The notes beneath the pieces were generated by a model. It was not told the DNA's origin and made no database searches. It saw nothing but the letters and a program-made list of their open reading frames with translations. A program made the translations under genes and the position numbers. Source: Bacillota bacterium (GTDB taxonomy: Bacteria; Bacillota; DTU025; MWDF01). From it: a stretch of DNA of 32,000 nt. This document shows positions 18,365 to 26,408 of this stretch, one piece after another (the stretch's first letter is position 1; each line of letters opens with the position of its first letter). The stretch spans positions 5,552 to 37,551 of the forward strand of contig JAKQNF010000036.1 in NCBI GenBank assembly GCA_029565935.1. Direction: 5' to 3'.

Positions 18365-20041
18365 ATGATCTCCGGTCGGAAGCTGGCATATCCTCTTTCG
18401 CTGGTTTTGGTACTGCTCTTGGCCTTCTGCGTGAGCGCCTCGGCGCCGGTTTTCATGGATCCGAAGGACGTCAAGGCGGGCATGACCGGCTACGGGCTCA
18501 CTGTGTTCTGGGGGGACGAGCCGGAGACGTTCGACTTCTCCGTCATAGCGGTGACCAAGGGGGACACGAGTCTAGCGGACATGATACTCGTCAAGGTATC
18601 TGGACAGAAGATAGACGCGATAGGCGGCATAGCGGCCGGCATGAGCGGAAGTCCCTGCTACATAGGCGGGAAGCTCGTCGGGGCGCTGTCGCACGTACTG
18701 GAGGGCCCCGATCCTAAGATAGGCGTGGTGACTCCGATGAGCGTCATGGTGAGGCTCTTGGAGGCGGGCAAGCTGGCGGATTCCGCAAAGCCTTTCAAGG
18801 TCGCCGGCTGGGGCAGCTTCGTGCCGGTCGCCACTCCAGTGTGGGTGGGCGGGCTCGGTCCAAGGGCGCAAAAAGCCCTGGAGGCTTCTCTCGGCCTGAA
18901 GGGCTTCGCCTTAAGCCCCGCCATGGCGCTTGGCGCAGGTGGCATGGAAGATTCTAACGGGACGTTCGCCGCCGGCTCTTCGATCGCCGTACAGATGTGC
19001 AACGGAGACGTGGAGGCCGGGGCGATAGGCACTCTCACATGGACTGACGGGAGGAATTTCCTCGCATTCGGACATCCGATGCTTAACATCGGCTCGATCG
19101 AGATGCCGATGTCGAAATCGTCCGTGCTTGCCGTGCTGCCTTCGGACTCGTTCCCGTTCAAGCTGGGCACTTTCGGCAAGCCGGCCGCGGTCGTGACCGA
19201 GGACAGGACGTACGGGCTGGCCGGCGTGATAGGCAAAGACGCCAAGATGGCCGACGTCACGGTCAAGGCGAGCGACATGCAGACCGGACGCAGGAAGAGC
19301 GCGACCATAAGGTGCCTGCAGGACGAAAGGCTCATCTCGGAGCTCATAGGATCGGCCGTACTGTCGGTGATGGACGGCGTTACGATGAGGGTAGGGGAAG
19401 GCACCGTCTACCTGTCGGTGATAATAGAGGCGAAGCAGGGCAGCATCTTCAGGGAAGAGATGATCTGGTCCGGCTCCGACGTCGCCAATGAGGTAACCTC
19501 GGAGGTATCGGGCATGATATCGTTAATAGCCGGCAACGACGCCCAGGCCGCGGAGATCCTGAAGGTCCAGGTCAACGTCGACGTGGCGCCTTCCAGGATG
19601 ACGTCGGTGATCAAGGGGGTCACTCTGCCGGAGGGGGGCTTCGTGGCAGGGCAGACGCAGTCGATCGGCGTGGTCCTCAAGCCTTTCAGGGGGCAGGAAT
19701 ACACGAAGATGGTCGACATAGACCTTCCGGCTGACATCGGGCCGGGCCCCGTATCCGTGACCGTATACGGGGGCTCCTCCGAGGACGACGAAGGCTCCCT
19801 GGACATCGTGGACAAGGTGGGCGACGTGAGAGGCATCTCCCTGGAGGAGCTGCTTGGCAGGATAAGCACCGCCGACCAGAACAACGACCTCATCATAGAG
19901 ATATACAGCGACGCGGGCTCCTCGGAAGAGGACCTGCCGCCCGAGGACGGAGCTTACGAGCAGGAACCGCTCTACTCCGGAAGGATAGTTCTGCAGAGCA
20001 TAATACAAGGTTCGGCTGTCGAATACTCCGAAGTGCGGTAG
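18365..20041 (+). CDS. Secreted SpoIVB-like (MEROPS S55-like) serine peptidase homologue with a long uncharacterised C-terminal region
   Basis: 558 aa. Starts 4 nt after the murA stop (GAGGAGGGAG upstream). Signal peptide LVLVLLLAFCVSASA. GGIAAGMSGSPCYIGGKLVGALSHV (nt 18638-18655 encode GMSGSP) resembles the SpoIVB serine motif. GDVEAGAIGTLTWTDGRNFLAFGHPM (His codon 19073-19075) resembles the SpoIVB histidine region. The last ~300 aa are unrecognised, with an acidic tail. Confidence 0.65.
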   Translation: MISGRKLAYPLSLVLVLLLAFCVSASAPVFMDPKDVKAGMTGYGLTVFWGDEPETFDFSVIAVTKGDTSLADMILVKVSGQKIDAIGGIAAGMSGSPCYIGGKLVGALSHVLEGPDPKIGVVTPMSVMVRLLEAGKLADSAKPFKVAGWGSFVPVATPVWVGGLGPRAQKALEASLGLKGFALSPAMALGAGGMEDSNGTFAAGSSIAVQMCNGDVEAGAIGTLTWTDGRNFLAFGHPMLNIGSIEMPMSKSSVLAVLPSDSFPFKLGTFGKPAAVVTEDRTYGLAGVIGKDAKMADVTVKASDMQTGRRKSATIRCLQDERLISELIGSAVLSVMDGVTMRVGEGTVYLSVIIEAKQGSIFREEMIWSGSDVANEVTSEVSGMISLIAGNDAQAAEILKVQVNVDVAPSRMTSVIKGVTLPEGGFVAGQTQSIGVVLKPFRGQEYTKMVDIDLPADIGPGPVSVTVYGGSSEDDEGSLDIVDKVGDVRGISLEELLGRISTADQNNDLIIEIYSDAGSSEEDLPPEDGAYEQEPLYSGRIVLQSIIQGSAVEYSEVR

Positions 20042-20173
20042 AATATAAAGGGCATGGCCGGGAACAGGCACGGGGCCTTGAGCGTTTCATTCATTAGTTG
20101 CGTCCGGGGCGTTTTGGTAATACGGGCTCTCACGACGGACTCCCACTCAGCTCGACCATCAGGAGGTAAGGTA

Positions 20174-21874
20174 ATGTTAAGTAACTGCAAGAGCAGGACG
20201 ATGATCTTGCTGACGCTGGCATTGGCGATCGCTTTGGCGGTCTCCGGCACTGCGTCGGCACAGTCGTACGGCCGCCTGGCCGGCATAGAGATCGAAGGCA
20301 ACAAGAAGCTCGACGCCGAATACATAAAGGGCCTGCTACCGCTGACCATAGGGATGGATCTGACGCAGGAGGCCCTCGACAAGGCGTTCGCCGCGTTGCA
20401 GGAAAGCGGCTACTTCGCCGACCTGGGGGCGCGCTCGCAGGTCTTCCTCGGAGGAATTAAGCTGATCGTGACGGTCTTGGAGTTCCCCGACCTCAAGGCT
20501 ATAAACATAGAGGGCAACACCCTTATGAGCGACGATGAGCTCCTTTCCAGGATGACGTCGCAGGTGGGCAAGATAATCAACGTCAACGCCCTGAAGAAGG
20601 ACCTGGACAGCATAATCCAGATCTACAAGGACAAGGGCTACGTGGCTAGCATAGAACCCGAGATAGGCATGGACGGCATCGTGCTGGTCAAGATGACCGA
20701 ATGGAAGGTCGGCTCGATACTGATCTCCGGCAACGACAAGACCAAGGAGCAGATCATAAGGCGCAGCATCAAGCTCGCGGAGGGCGACTTCATAGACAGC
20801 AAGGTCATAACCGACGACAGCCGCAGGATATACAACACGGGCATCTTCGACGAGGTCGGAGTGGAGCTCGAACCTCGCGAAGAGGGCGCCTACGCCGACG
20901 TGAAGTACGTGGTCAAGGAGAGCCAGACGGGCCTTTTCAACGTCGGCGCGACGTACAACTCTACTGAAGGGCTGATCGGCTACCTGGAGATCTCCGACAA
21001 GAACGTCTTCGGCTACGGCATCAAAGTATCCGGCAAGCTAGAGGCCGGAGGCAAGGAGAAGCTGGTCACCGGCGAGTTCAGCGTATCTACGCCGTATCTG
21101 TTCACTGACAAGTTGGAAGGCGGTCTCGAGTTCTACAGGCGCATGTCCAACAAGAAGATCGAACTCCCGCCGGACGGCGAGGAGGGGGACGTCGCCTACA
21201 AGCAATACAGGACCGGCGGTAGCATCTGGCTTGGCTACAACTTCGACCTGTACACTAAGGCGGGCGCATCTTTCAGGCTGGATTTCCTGCAGAACTCTGC
21301 CGAGACGCCGGATCCCGCAGTGCCGGAGGATTCCTCTACGAGGAGCATAACGCTTTCGCTGACGAGGGACACCAGGGACGATTTCATAAGCCCCACCAAG
21401 GGCTACACCGTGTACGCTTCGAGCGAATTCGCCGGAGGGATACTGGGCGGAGACGACAACTTCACGAAGCTGTACGCCCAGACAACGGGCTATTACGAAT
21501 TCAAGGACGGGCATGTCATAGCCGGAAGGCTCGGCATAGGCGGGGGCTTCCCCACTTTGCCTGAACATGCGAAGTACCTGCTCGGCGGCGGCACCAACAT
21601 GAGAGGCCTTAAGGAGCCCATAGCGGGCGACTACATAGTGTTCGCCAATGCGGAGTACAGGTTCAGGATCTATCAGGACATAGTGGGCGGCGTCGTGTTC
21701 TTCGACATGGGCGAAGCTTGGAACAAGGGCGAGAGCTTCACCTGGAACGGGCTCAAATACGGCGTGGGCATCGGGGCTAGGGTGACGATCCCGATGCTAG
21801 GGATGCTGAGGCTGGACTACGGTATCTCCAACGGGCAGGGCCGGGTGTATTTCGGCTTCGGTCATACGTTCTAG
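20174..21874 (+). CDS. bamA: Omp85/BamA-family outer-membrane protein insertase (short form, ~3 POTRA)
   Basis: ATG 20174 is preceded by AGGAGG (20161-20166) and gives signal peptide MLSNCKSRTMILLTLALAIALAVSGTASA. POTRA-like repeats (IEIEGNKKLDAEYIKGLL; INIEGNTLMSDDELLSRM; ILISGNDKTKEQIIRRSI). Barrel onset TGLFNVGATYNSTEGLIGYLEISDKNVFGYG (~20927). C-terminal OMP signature RVYFGFGHTF. Confidence 0.8.
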   Translation: MLSNCKSRTMILLTLALAIALAVSGTASAQSYGRLAGIEIEGNKKLDAEYIKGLLPLTIGMDLTQEALDKAFAALQESGYFADLGARSQVFLGGIKLIVTVLEFPDLKAINIEGNTLMSDDELLSRMTSQVGKIINVNALKKDLDSIIQIYKDKGYVASIEPEIGMDGIVLVKMTEWKVGSILISGNDKTKEQIIRRSIKLAEGDFIDSKVITDDSRRIYNTGIFDEVGVELEPREEGAYADVKYVVKESQTGLFNVGATYNSTEGLIGYLEISDKNVFGYGIKVSGKLEAGGKEKLVTGEFSVSTPYLFTDKLEGGLEFYRRMSNKKIELPPDGEEGDVAYKQYRTGGSIWLGYNFDLYTKAGASFRLDFLQNSAETPDPAVPEDSSTRSITLSLTRDTRDDFISPTKGYTVYASSEFAGGILGGDDNFTKLYAQTTGYYEFKDGHVIAGRLGIGGGFPTLPEHAKYLLGGGTNMRGLKEPIAGDYIVFANAEYRFRIYQDIVGGVVFFDMGEAWNKGESFTWNGLKYGVGIGARVTIPMLGMLRLDYGISNGQGRVYFGFGHTF

Positions 21875-21884
21875 TATATAAGTG

Positions 21885-21914
21885 AATGACAACTTGCGAA
21901 GTTAAGAATTATAA
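21885..21914 (+). promoter_or_regulatory. Candidate sigma70 promoter upstream of skp/ompH
   Basis: ATGACA (21885-21890), 18-nt spacer, TATAAT (21909-21914), in the AT-rich gap between bamA and skp. Confidence 0.4.
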
Positions 21915-21963
21915 TGATATTTGTTGTCAATGAACAAATGAATGAGAGGTAGGTCAATCCCAG

Positions 21964-22422
21964 ATGAAGAACCTTTTTAGGAACACCACGGCAGTAATCA
22001 TAGCGATAGCGCTCATTGCGATCGCAGCCACCATCAGCAACCTTACTACCGGCAAGGCAGGGGCGGCCCCGGATTACGCCGTGATCGGGCATATCGACAC
22101 GGACAAGCTCAACTCGGAGTTCCCCGCCCTAAAGACCGCATGGGAGGCGGTAGCGGTAAAGAAGGCCGAGCTTGAGAAGGACCTCAACAAGAAGGCAGAG
22201 GGCCAGGACCAGGACACCAAGACCAAGCTCGTAGAGCAGTACAACACGACCTACAACGACTACGCCAAGAAGACCCTGGATCCTGCGTACGCCAAGCTCG
22301 AAGAGGCTGTCAAGGCGGTTGCCAAGGACAAGGGAGTGACCGTGATCCTCAATAGTTCGATAGTCATAGAAGGCGGCATCGACATGACGGCCGCGGTACT
22401 CCAGAAGGGCGGGGCGAAGTAA
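21964..22422 (+). CDS. skp: OmpH/Skp-family periplasmic chaperone
   Basis: 152 aa. N-terminal hydrophobic signal or anchor, a Lys/Glu-rich helical core (KAELEKDLNKKAEGQDQDTKTKLVEQYNTTYNDYAKK), a C-terminal KGVTVILNSS...GIDMT motif typical of OmpH, and a position directly after bamA. Confidence 0.7.
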   Translation: MKNLFRNTTAVIIAIALIAIAATISNLTTGKAGAAPDYAVIGHIDTDKLNSEFPALKTAWEAVAVKKAELEKDLNKKAEGQDQDTKTKLVEQYNTTYNDYAKKTLDPAYAKLEEAVKAVAKDKGVTVILNSSIVIEGGIDMTAAVLQKGGAK

Positions 22423-22441
22423 GGCCCTGCGAGAGACCTTT

Positions 22442-22465
22442 GAGGGGCGCACGATTGCGCCCCTC
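22442..22465 (+). terminator. GC hairpin after skp (partial terminator or attenuator; poor U-tract)
   Basis: 10-bp perfect stem GAGGGGCGCA (22442-22451) / TGCGCCCCTC (22456-22465), 4-nt loop, followed by TATTCA. It lies 26 nt upstream of the next start. Confidence 0.45.
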
Positions 22466-22491
22466 TATTCACATGAAAGGCAGTTGCCCAG

Positions 22492-25400
22492 ATGAGGAAG
22501 CTTGACCGGTATGTGATGCGGGAATTTCTCGGACCTTTCCTTGCAGCGATAACCGCATTCATAGTCATATCGCTCAGCGTCCAGCTGTTCTGGCTGGCGG
22601 AGATGGTCGTTGTCAAGCACACCCCCCTCGCCACGGTGCTCAAGCTCATAATGTTCAACATGCCCGCGGCCATCGTCCAGGTGCTGCCATTCGCCACACT
22701 CTTCGGGGTGCTCCTCAGCCTAGGCAGGCTCAGCCGCGACAGCGAGCTTTCCATAATGAGGGCGGCCGGACTGAGGCTTTCCAGGATATCCCTTCCGCTC
22801 ATCATCCTATCTATATTCATAAGCCTGTTCGGCTTCTACATGGGCGACCAGGTCGCTCCCAAGGCCAATCTCGAATCCAGGAACATAGTGAACAAGATGA
22901 TACTCGGAGAGAGCATACCCAGCATCGACAACAACGTGTTCTTCCGGGGGCCCGACAATAAGTTCTTCTACATAGGGCGCATAAGCGAGGACAGGGCCAC
23001 CGTCCAGGACGTGATGATCTACGACATCGGATACGGGAAGTACCCCCAGCTGATAACCGCCTCCAAGGGCAGGGCGGATTCCGGGACCTGGGTCTTCGAG
23101 GACGGCAACATACACGAATGCGGCCAGGACGGCAGGGTGGCCTCGACGGCCCATTTCGACGTCCTCGAGATAAAGATGGAAAGGGCCGTAACGGACTACA
23201 CAAACTCCGGCAGGACCACGTCCGAGATGTCCATGAAGGAGCTTAAGGACAGCATCGACCTCTTCTCCAAGAGCGGGATAAGGGCCAAGAACCTGCTGAT
23301 CGACTACTACTTGAAGATGGCCCAGCCGCTCTCCTCCCTGATCTTCGCCATGCTCGCCGTGCCTCTTGCCGTAAGGAGCCCCAGGAAAGGCGGCGCCGTC
23401 TACAGCATCGGTGCGGGCATCGGGATAATAACCCTGTACTTCATATTCGAATCCGTGGTGAGATCGTACGGCATGCTGCAGGCGACCAGGATACAGCCCT
23501 GGCTTGCCGCATGGTCCGCGGACATAATATTCCTTGCCGCGGCCCTAATCCTGTTGTTGAAGGCCGACGCGAGGAAGATGGGCAAAAGGGCCAAAACACG
23601 CAAAGGGCCCGCCGCACTGTCACTGATGGTACTTGCGGCCATCCTCCTCATCATGCCAGGCACTTCGTCCGCCGCGGGGACGGCAGTGAAGGTGAGCGCC
23701 CAGAGGCTCTTCTACGACGGTGGCGACGTCTGGAGGGCCGAGGGAGGCGTGACGATATCCTTCGACGATGTGACCATCACCGCCGGAAACGCCGCAATAG
23801 ACGTGGTTACGGGCCTTGCCGAGCTTGGCGGGCTTGTCACCGTCACGACCAAGGAAAGCGAAGTGTCTGCGGTAAGCGCCACATGCAATATCAAGACGAA
23901 ACAGATATCGTTCGATACCTTCGAAGGCAGGGTGAGCGACGAGCGGGTCAAGGGCTACATATACATCAGCGGCGAGAAGTTCGTCGAGGACGACGGATCG
24001 TACAAGCTCACGGGAGGATACCTAACCACTTGCGACCTTCCCCAGCCTCATTACAGGATCGAGGCCGAGAGCATCGAGTTTACGAACGAAGACTACATAA
24101 TCGCAAGGAACGTATCCTACTTCGAGGCCAACCTGAGGCTGTTCAAGCTGCCGTACCTTAGCATCCCCCTTAGGGAGGAGGACAGGATGATCCTCCCCGA
24201 GTTCGGCTGGAGCAGCGGCGACGGGGTCTACGTCAAGACGACCATGAAGAGGAAGCTTAACGACGCGAACAGGCTGACCATAAGGCTGGACCTGTTCCAG
24301 ATAAGCGGGCTGGGCGCCGGCGTGCGCCACGACTACACCATCGAAGGGATAGGAGACGGTTACTACAGCCTTTACGGAGTAAAGAGCTTCTTCGACCCTT
24401 CCGCGTCCTGGACCGCGGAGGTATCGCAATCGGTGAGCCTGCCGCTGGAGGTCAAGGCCGACGTGAAGTACTCGGTAAAGGGCACCGTCGACAAGCTCGG
24501 CAATTTCCGCGACGACCAATATACGGAGCTCAAGCTCTCAAGGAACGCCAAGGACGACAAGACCTCGGCATCGGTATCCTACAGATTCAGCGGCACTAAC
24601 GAGGACTCCTCGACGCTGAACCTTTCCGCCACCCACTCATCTACCTTGGCGGAAGGGTTCAAGCTGAGCGGCAACGTAAATTACAGAAAGATAGTCCTGG
24701 ATGGCACTCTTAAGCAGGAGTACTTGAACTACAAGGCCACGCTGGTGCACACCGGCCAGGACGGCAAGCTTACCATAAACTTACAGGCCGCGGACACGAT
24801 GGACGAGAAGCAGGAAGTCGTCCTTTCCTCGCTAAAAAGGCTTCCCGAGATGCAGATCGACATGTTCAGGATCAAGCTTGGCAGCCTTCCTGCCGGGATT
24901 ACGGCCAAGTTCCTCGCCGGCAGGTACGTCGAGAGGATACTGAACACTACCCCGACGGAATACCTCGACGCCGTGAAGGGCGAGGCCCAGGCGGACCTTT
25001 CGTTGGACAGGGTCGACCTTTGGGGCTACGGGTCTTTCGACCTCGGAGGGAGCTTCATAGGCAGCCTCTACTCGACTGGCGACGCCAGGGCCTACCTGAG
25101 CGCTTCGACCTCCCTTACGGTAAAGCCGGTGAGCGGCTGGGACATAAAGCTCTCATATGATTATTCGAAGAAATTCGGCCTGTCACCGTACAGGTTCGAT
25201 TCCTTGAGCGACAGGAACAAAATATCGGCATCGACATCGGCTTCTTTCTACGGCTTCAGGCTCACCGCTTCCACCGGATACGACTTCGTGAAGGCCGCGT
25301 TCGACCCATTCACCGCGGTGGCGGCGTACAGCTACCAGGACAAGTACCAGGCGGACCTCACGATGAGGTTCGCACTGCCGGATTTCTCCTTGTCGTACGT

Positions 25401-25731
25401 GCTCGGAAGGGTGACGGTCAAGCCGACCGAGGACATCAACCTCAAGTTCGGCCTCGAGTACAGCGGCACCCTCAAGAAGCTGAGCAAGGTGGAGACCAGC
25501 GGGGATGTCAGGTTCCTCAAGGAATGGCGGGTGGCATGGGCGGCGATATACGATATCGCGAGAGAGGGCCTCAGGAAGGCCGACATCGCGGTTACGAAGG
25601 ACCTGCACTGCAGGGAGATCACGGCAGGGTATCAGATCGTCGAGCAGAGGTTCTTCGTGAACTTGAAATTCAAGGCGTTCCCTGACGTTCCTATAGGCAT
25701 AGGGACGGACGAATGGACCCTTTTCAAGTGA
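22492..25731 (+). CDS. Single ORF combining an LptF/LptG-family LPS-export permease (res 1-~355) with an LptD/OstA-like outer-membrane protein (res 363-1079)
   Basis: N-terminus MRKLDRYVMREFLGPFLAAITAFIVISL, six hydrophobic helices and a periplasmic insert give the YjgP/YjgQ layout. After an internal signal peptide comes an OstA-N-like fold (VSAQRLFYDGGDVWRAEGGVTISFDDVTITAGNAAID). Next is the LptD-like segment GGYLTTCDLPQPHYRIEAESIEFTNEDYIIARNVSYFEANLRLFKLPYLSIPL, then ~550 aa of beta-strand-like sequence ending RFFVNLKFKAF. No stop codon occurs anywhere in 22492-25728. Confidence 0.75.
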   Translation: MRKLDRYVMREFLGPFLAAITAFIVISLSVQLFWLAEMVVVKHTPLATVLKLIMFNMPAAIVQVLPFATLFGVLLSLGRLSRDSELSIMRAAGLRLSRISLPLIILSIFISLFGFYMGDQVAPKANLESRNIVNKMILGESIPSIDNNVFFRGPDNKFFYIGRISEDRATVQDVMIYDIGYGKYPQLITASKGRADSGTWVFEDGNIHECGQDGRVASTAHFDVLEIKMERAVTDYTNSGRTTSEMSMKELKDSIDLFSKSGIRAKNLLIDYYLKMAQPLSSLIFAMLAVPLAVRSPRKGGAVYSIGAGIGIITLYFIFESVVRSYGMLQATRIQPWLAAWSADIIFLAAALILLLKADARKMGKRAKTRKGPAALSLMVLAAILLIMPGTSSAAGTAVKVSAQRLFYDGGDVWRAEGGVTISFDDVTITAGNAAIDVVTGLAELGGLVTVTTKESEVSAVSATCNIKTKQISFDTFEGRVSDERVKGYIYISGEKFVEDDGSYKLTGGYLTTCDLPQPHYRIEAESIEFTNEDYIIARNVSYFEANLRLFKLPYLSIPLREEDRMILPEFGWSSGDGVYVKTTMKRKLNDANRLTIRLDLFQISGLGAGVRHDYTIEGIGDGYYSLYGVKSFFDPSASWTAEVSQSVSLPLEVKADVKYSVKGTVDKLGNFRDDQYTELKLSRNAKDDKTSASVSYRFSGTNEDSSTLNLSATHSSTLAEGFKLSGNVNYRKIVLDGTLKQEYLNYKATLVHTGQDGKLTINLQAADTMDEKQEVVLSSLKRLPEMQIDMFRIKLGSLPAGITAKFLAGRYVERILNTTPTEYLDAVKGEAQADLSLDRVDLWGYGSFDLGGSFIGSLYSTGDARAYLSASTSLTVKPVSGWDIKLSYDYSKKFGLSPYRFDSLSDRNKISASTSASFYGFRLTASTGYDFVKAAFDPFTAVAAYSYQDKYQADLTMRFALPDFSLSYVLGRVTVKPTEDINLKFGLEYSGTLKKLSKVETSGDVRFLKEWRVAWAAIYDIAREGLRKADIAVTKDLHCREITAGYQIVEQRFFVNLKFKAFPDVPIGIGTDEWTLFK
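23578..23673 (+). other. Internal Sec-type signal peptide at the LptF/G-LptD junction (in-frame ATG 23578)
   Basis: MGKRAKTRKG (basic n-region), PAALSLMVLAAILLIMPG (h-region), TSSA/AG (AXA-type c-region). GAGG at 23571-23574 lies only 3 nt before the ATG. Confidence 0.6.
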
Positions 25732-25754
25732 CGGGAACGAAAGGAGACATCTAG

Positions 25755-26396
25755 TTGAACCTCAGGACGGGGCTGGTCATATTCCTCGTTTTGGCCCTTG
25801 CGACTGCGGCCGTATACTACTACGGCTTCGTGGCTCCTGAGCCCGAGGCCGCAAAGGTGCAGGCGCCAGAGGACAAGGACGCGCCCGAGGTGCTGATCAA
25901 GGGGCTTTCGATGTCCAGCTGGACGGACGGGGAGAAAGTCTGGGAGATGGAGGTCGAGAGGATGGAACTGCCCAGGTTCGGCAGGAACACCGTGCTCTAC
26001 GACATAACCGATGGCACTATCTTCCGCGACAAGGGCCCTTATCTGGGATTCAGCGCGGGTATGGCGAAGGTCGACGGCAGGAACAGGATGGAGTTCTCAG
26101 GGGGCGTCGTCGTCGACTCTGAAGGTAAAACGCTCATGGCTGCAGAATCAATGTCTTGGGATCCTGCGACGCAGAAGGTGACGGTGCCCGGAGAAGCCAA
26201 GATAACGGCGGACGGAAGCACGGTCCTGGCGAAGAACCTTATCGTGGACCTCAATGACGAATACATATACACGACCGGGGAGATCATAGCCCAGCAGGGC
26301 GACAACATAAGGATTACCGCAGGCAACATGAAGTATTCGGTGACGAGGCGCGAGATGGAGATAATCGGCCCCTCGAAGATCGTCATCGACCTATAG
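25755..26396 (+). CDS. lptC: LptC-like membrane-anchored periplasmic LPS-transport protein
   Basis: 213 aa. TTG start with AAGGAGA at 25741-25747. Single N-terminal anchor GLVIFLVLALATAAVYYYGF followed by a beta-rich OstA/LptC-like region. Sits immediately upstream of lptA-lptB. Sequence-level support is weak; the call is mainly by architecture and context. Confidence 0.55.
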   Translation: MNLRTGLVIFLVLALATAAVYYYGFVAPEPEAAKVQAPEDKDAPEVLIKGLSMSSWTDGEKVWEMEVERMELPRFGRNTVLYDITDGTIFRDKGPYLGFSAGMAKVDGRNRMEFSGGVVVDSEGKTLMAAESMSWDPATQKVTVPGEAKITADGSTVLAKNLIVDLNDEYIYTTGEIIAQQGDNIRITAGNMKYSVTRREMEIIGPSKIVIDL

Positions 26397-26408
26397 GGAA
26401 GGTGTGCA

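Noticed and set aside
17580-18483. Two overlapping minus-strand ORFs (269 and 259 aa)
   Set aside because: Both are antisense to murA, whose identity is unambiguous. They are shadow frames.
20054-20173. Upstream start 20054 for bamA (40 extra residues)
   Set aside because: The extension MAGNRHGALSVSF... lacks a signal peptide, and AGGAGG at 20161-20166 fits ATG 20174, which yields a canonical signal peptide. By the same logic I preferred 9353 over 9296, 12213 over 12171 and 8418 over 8403.
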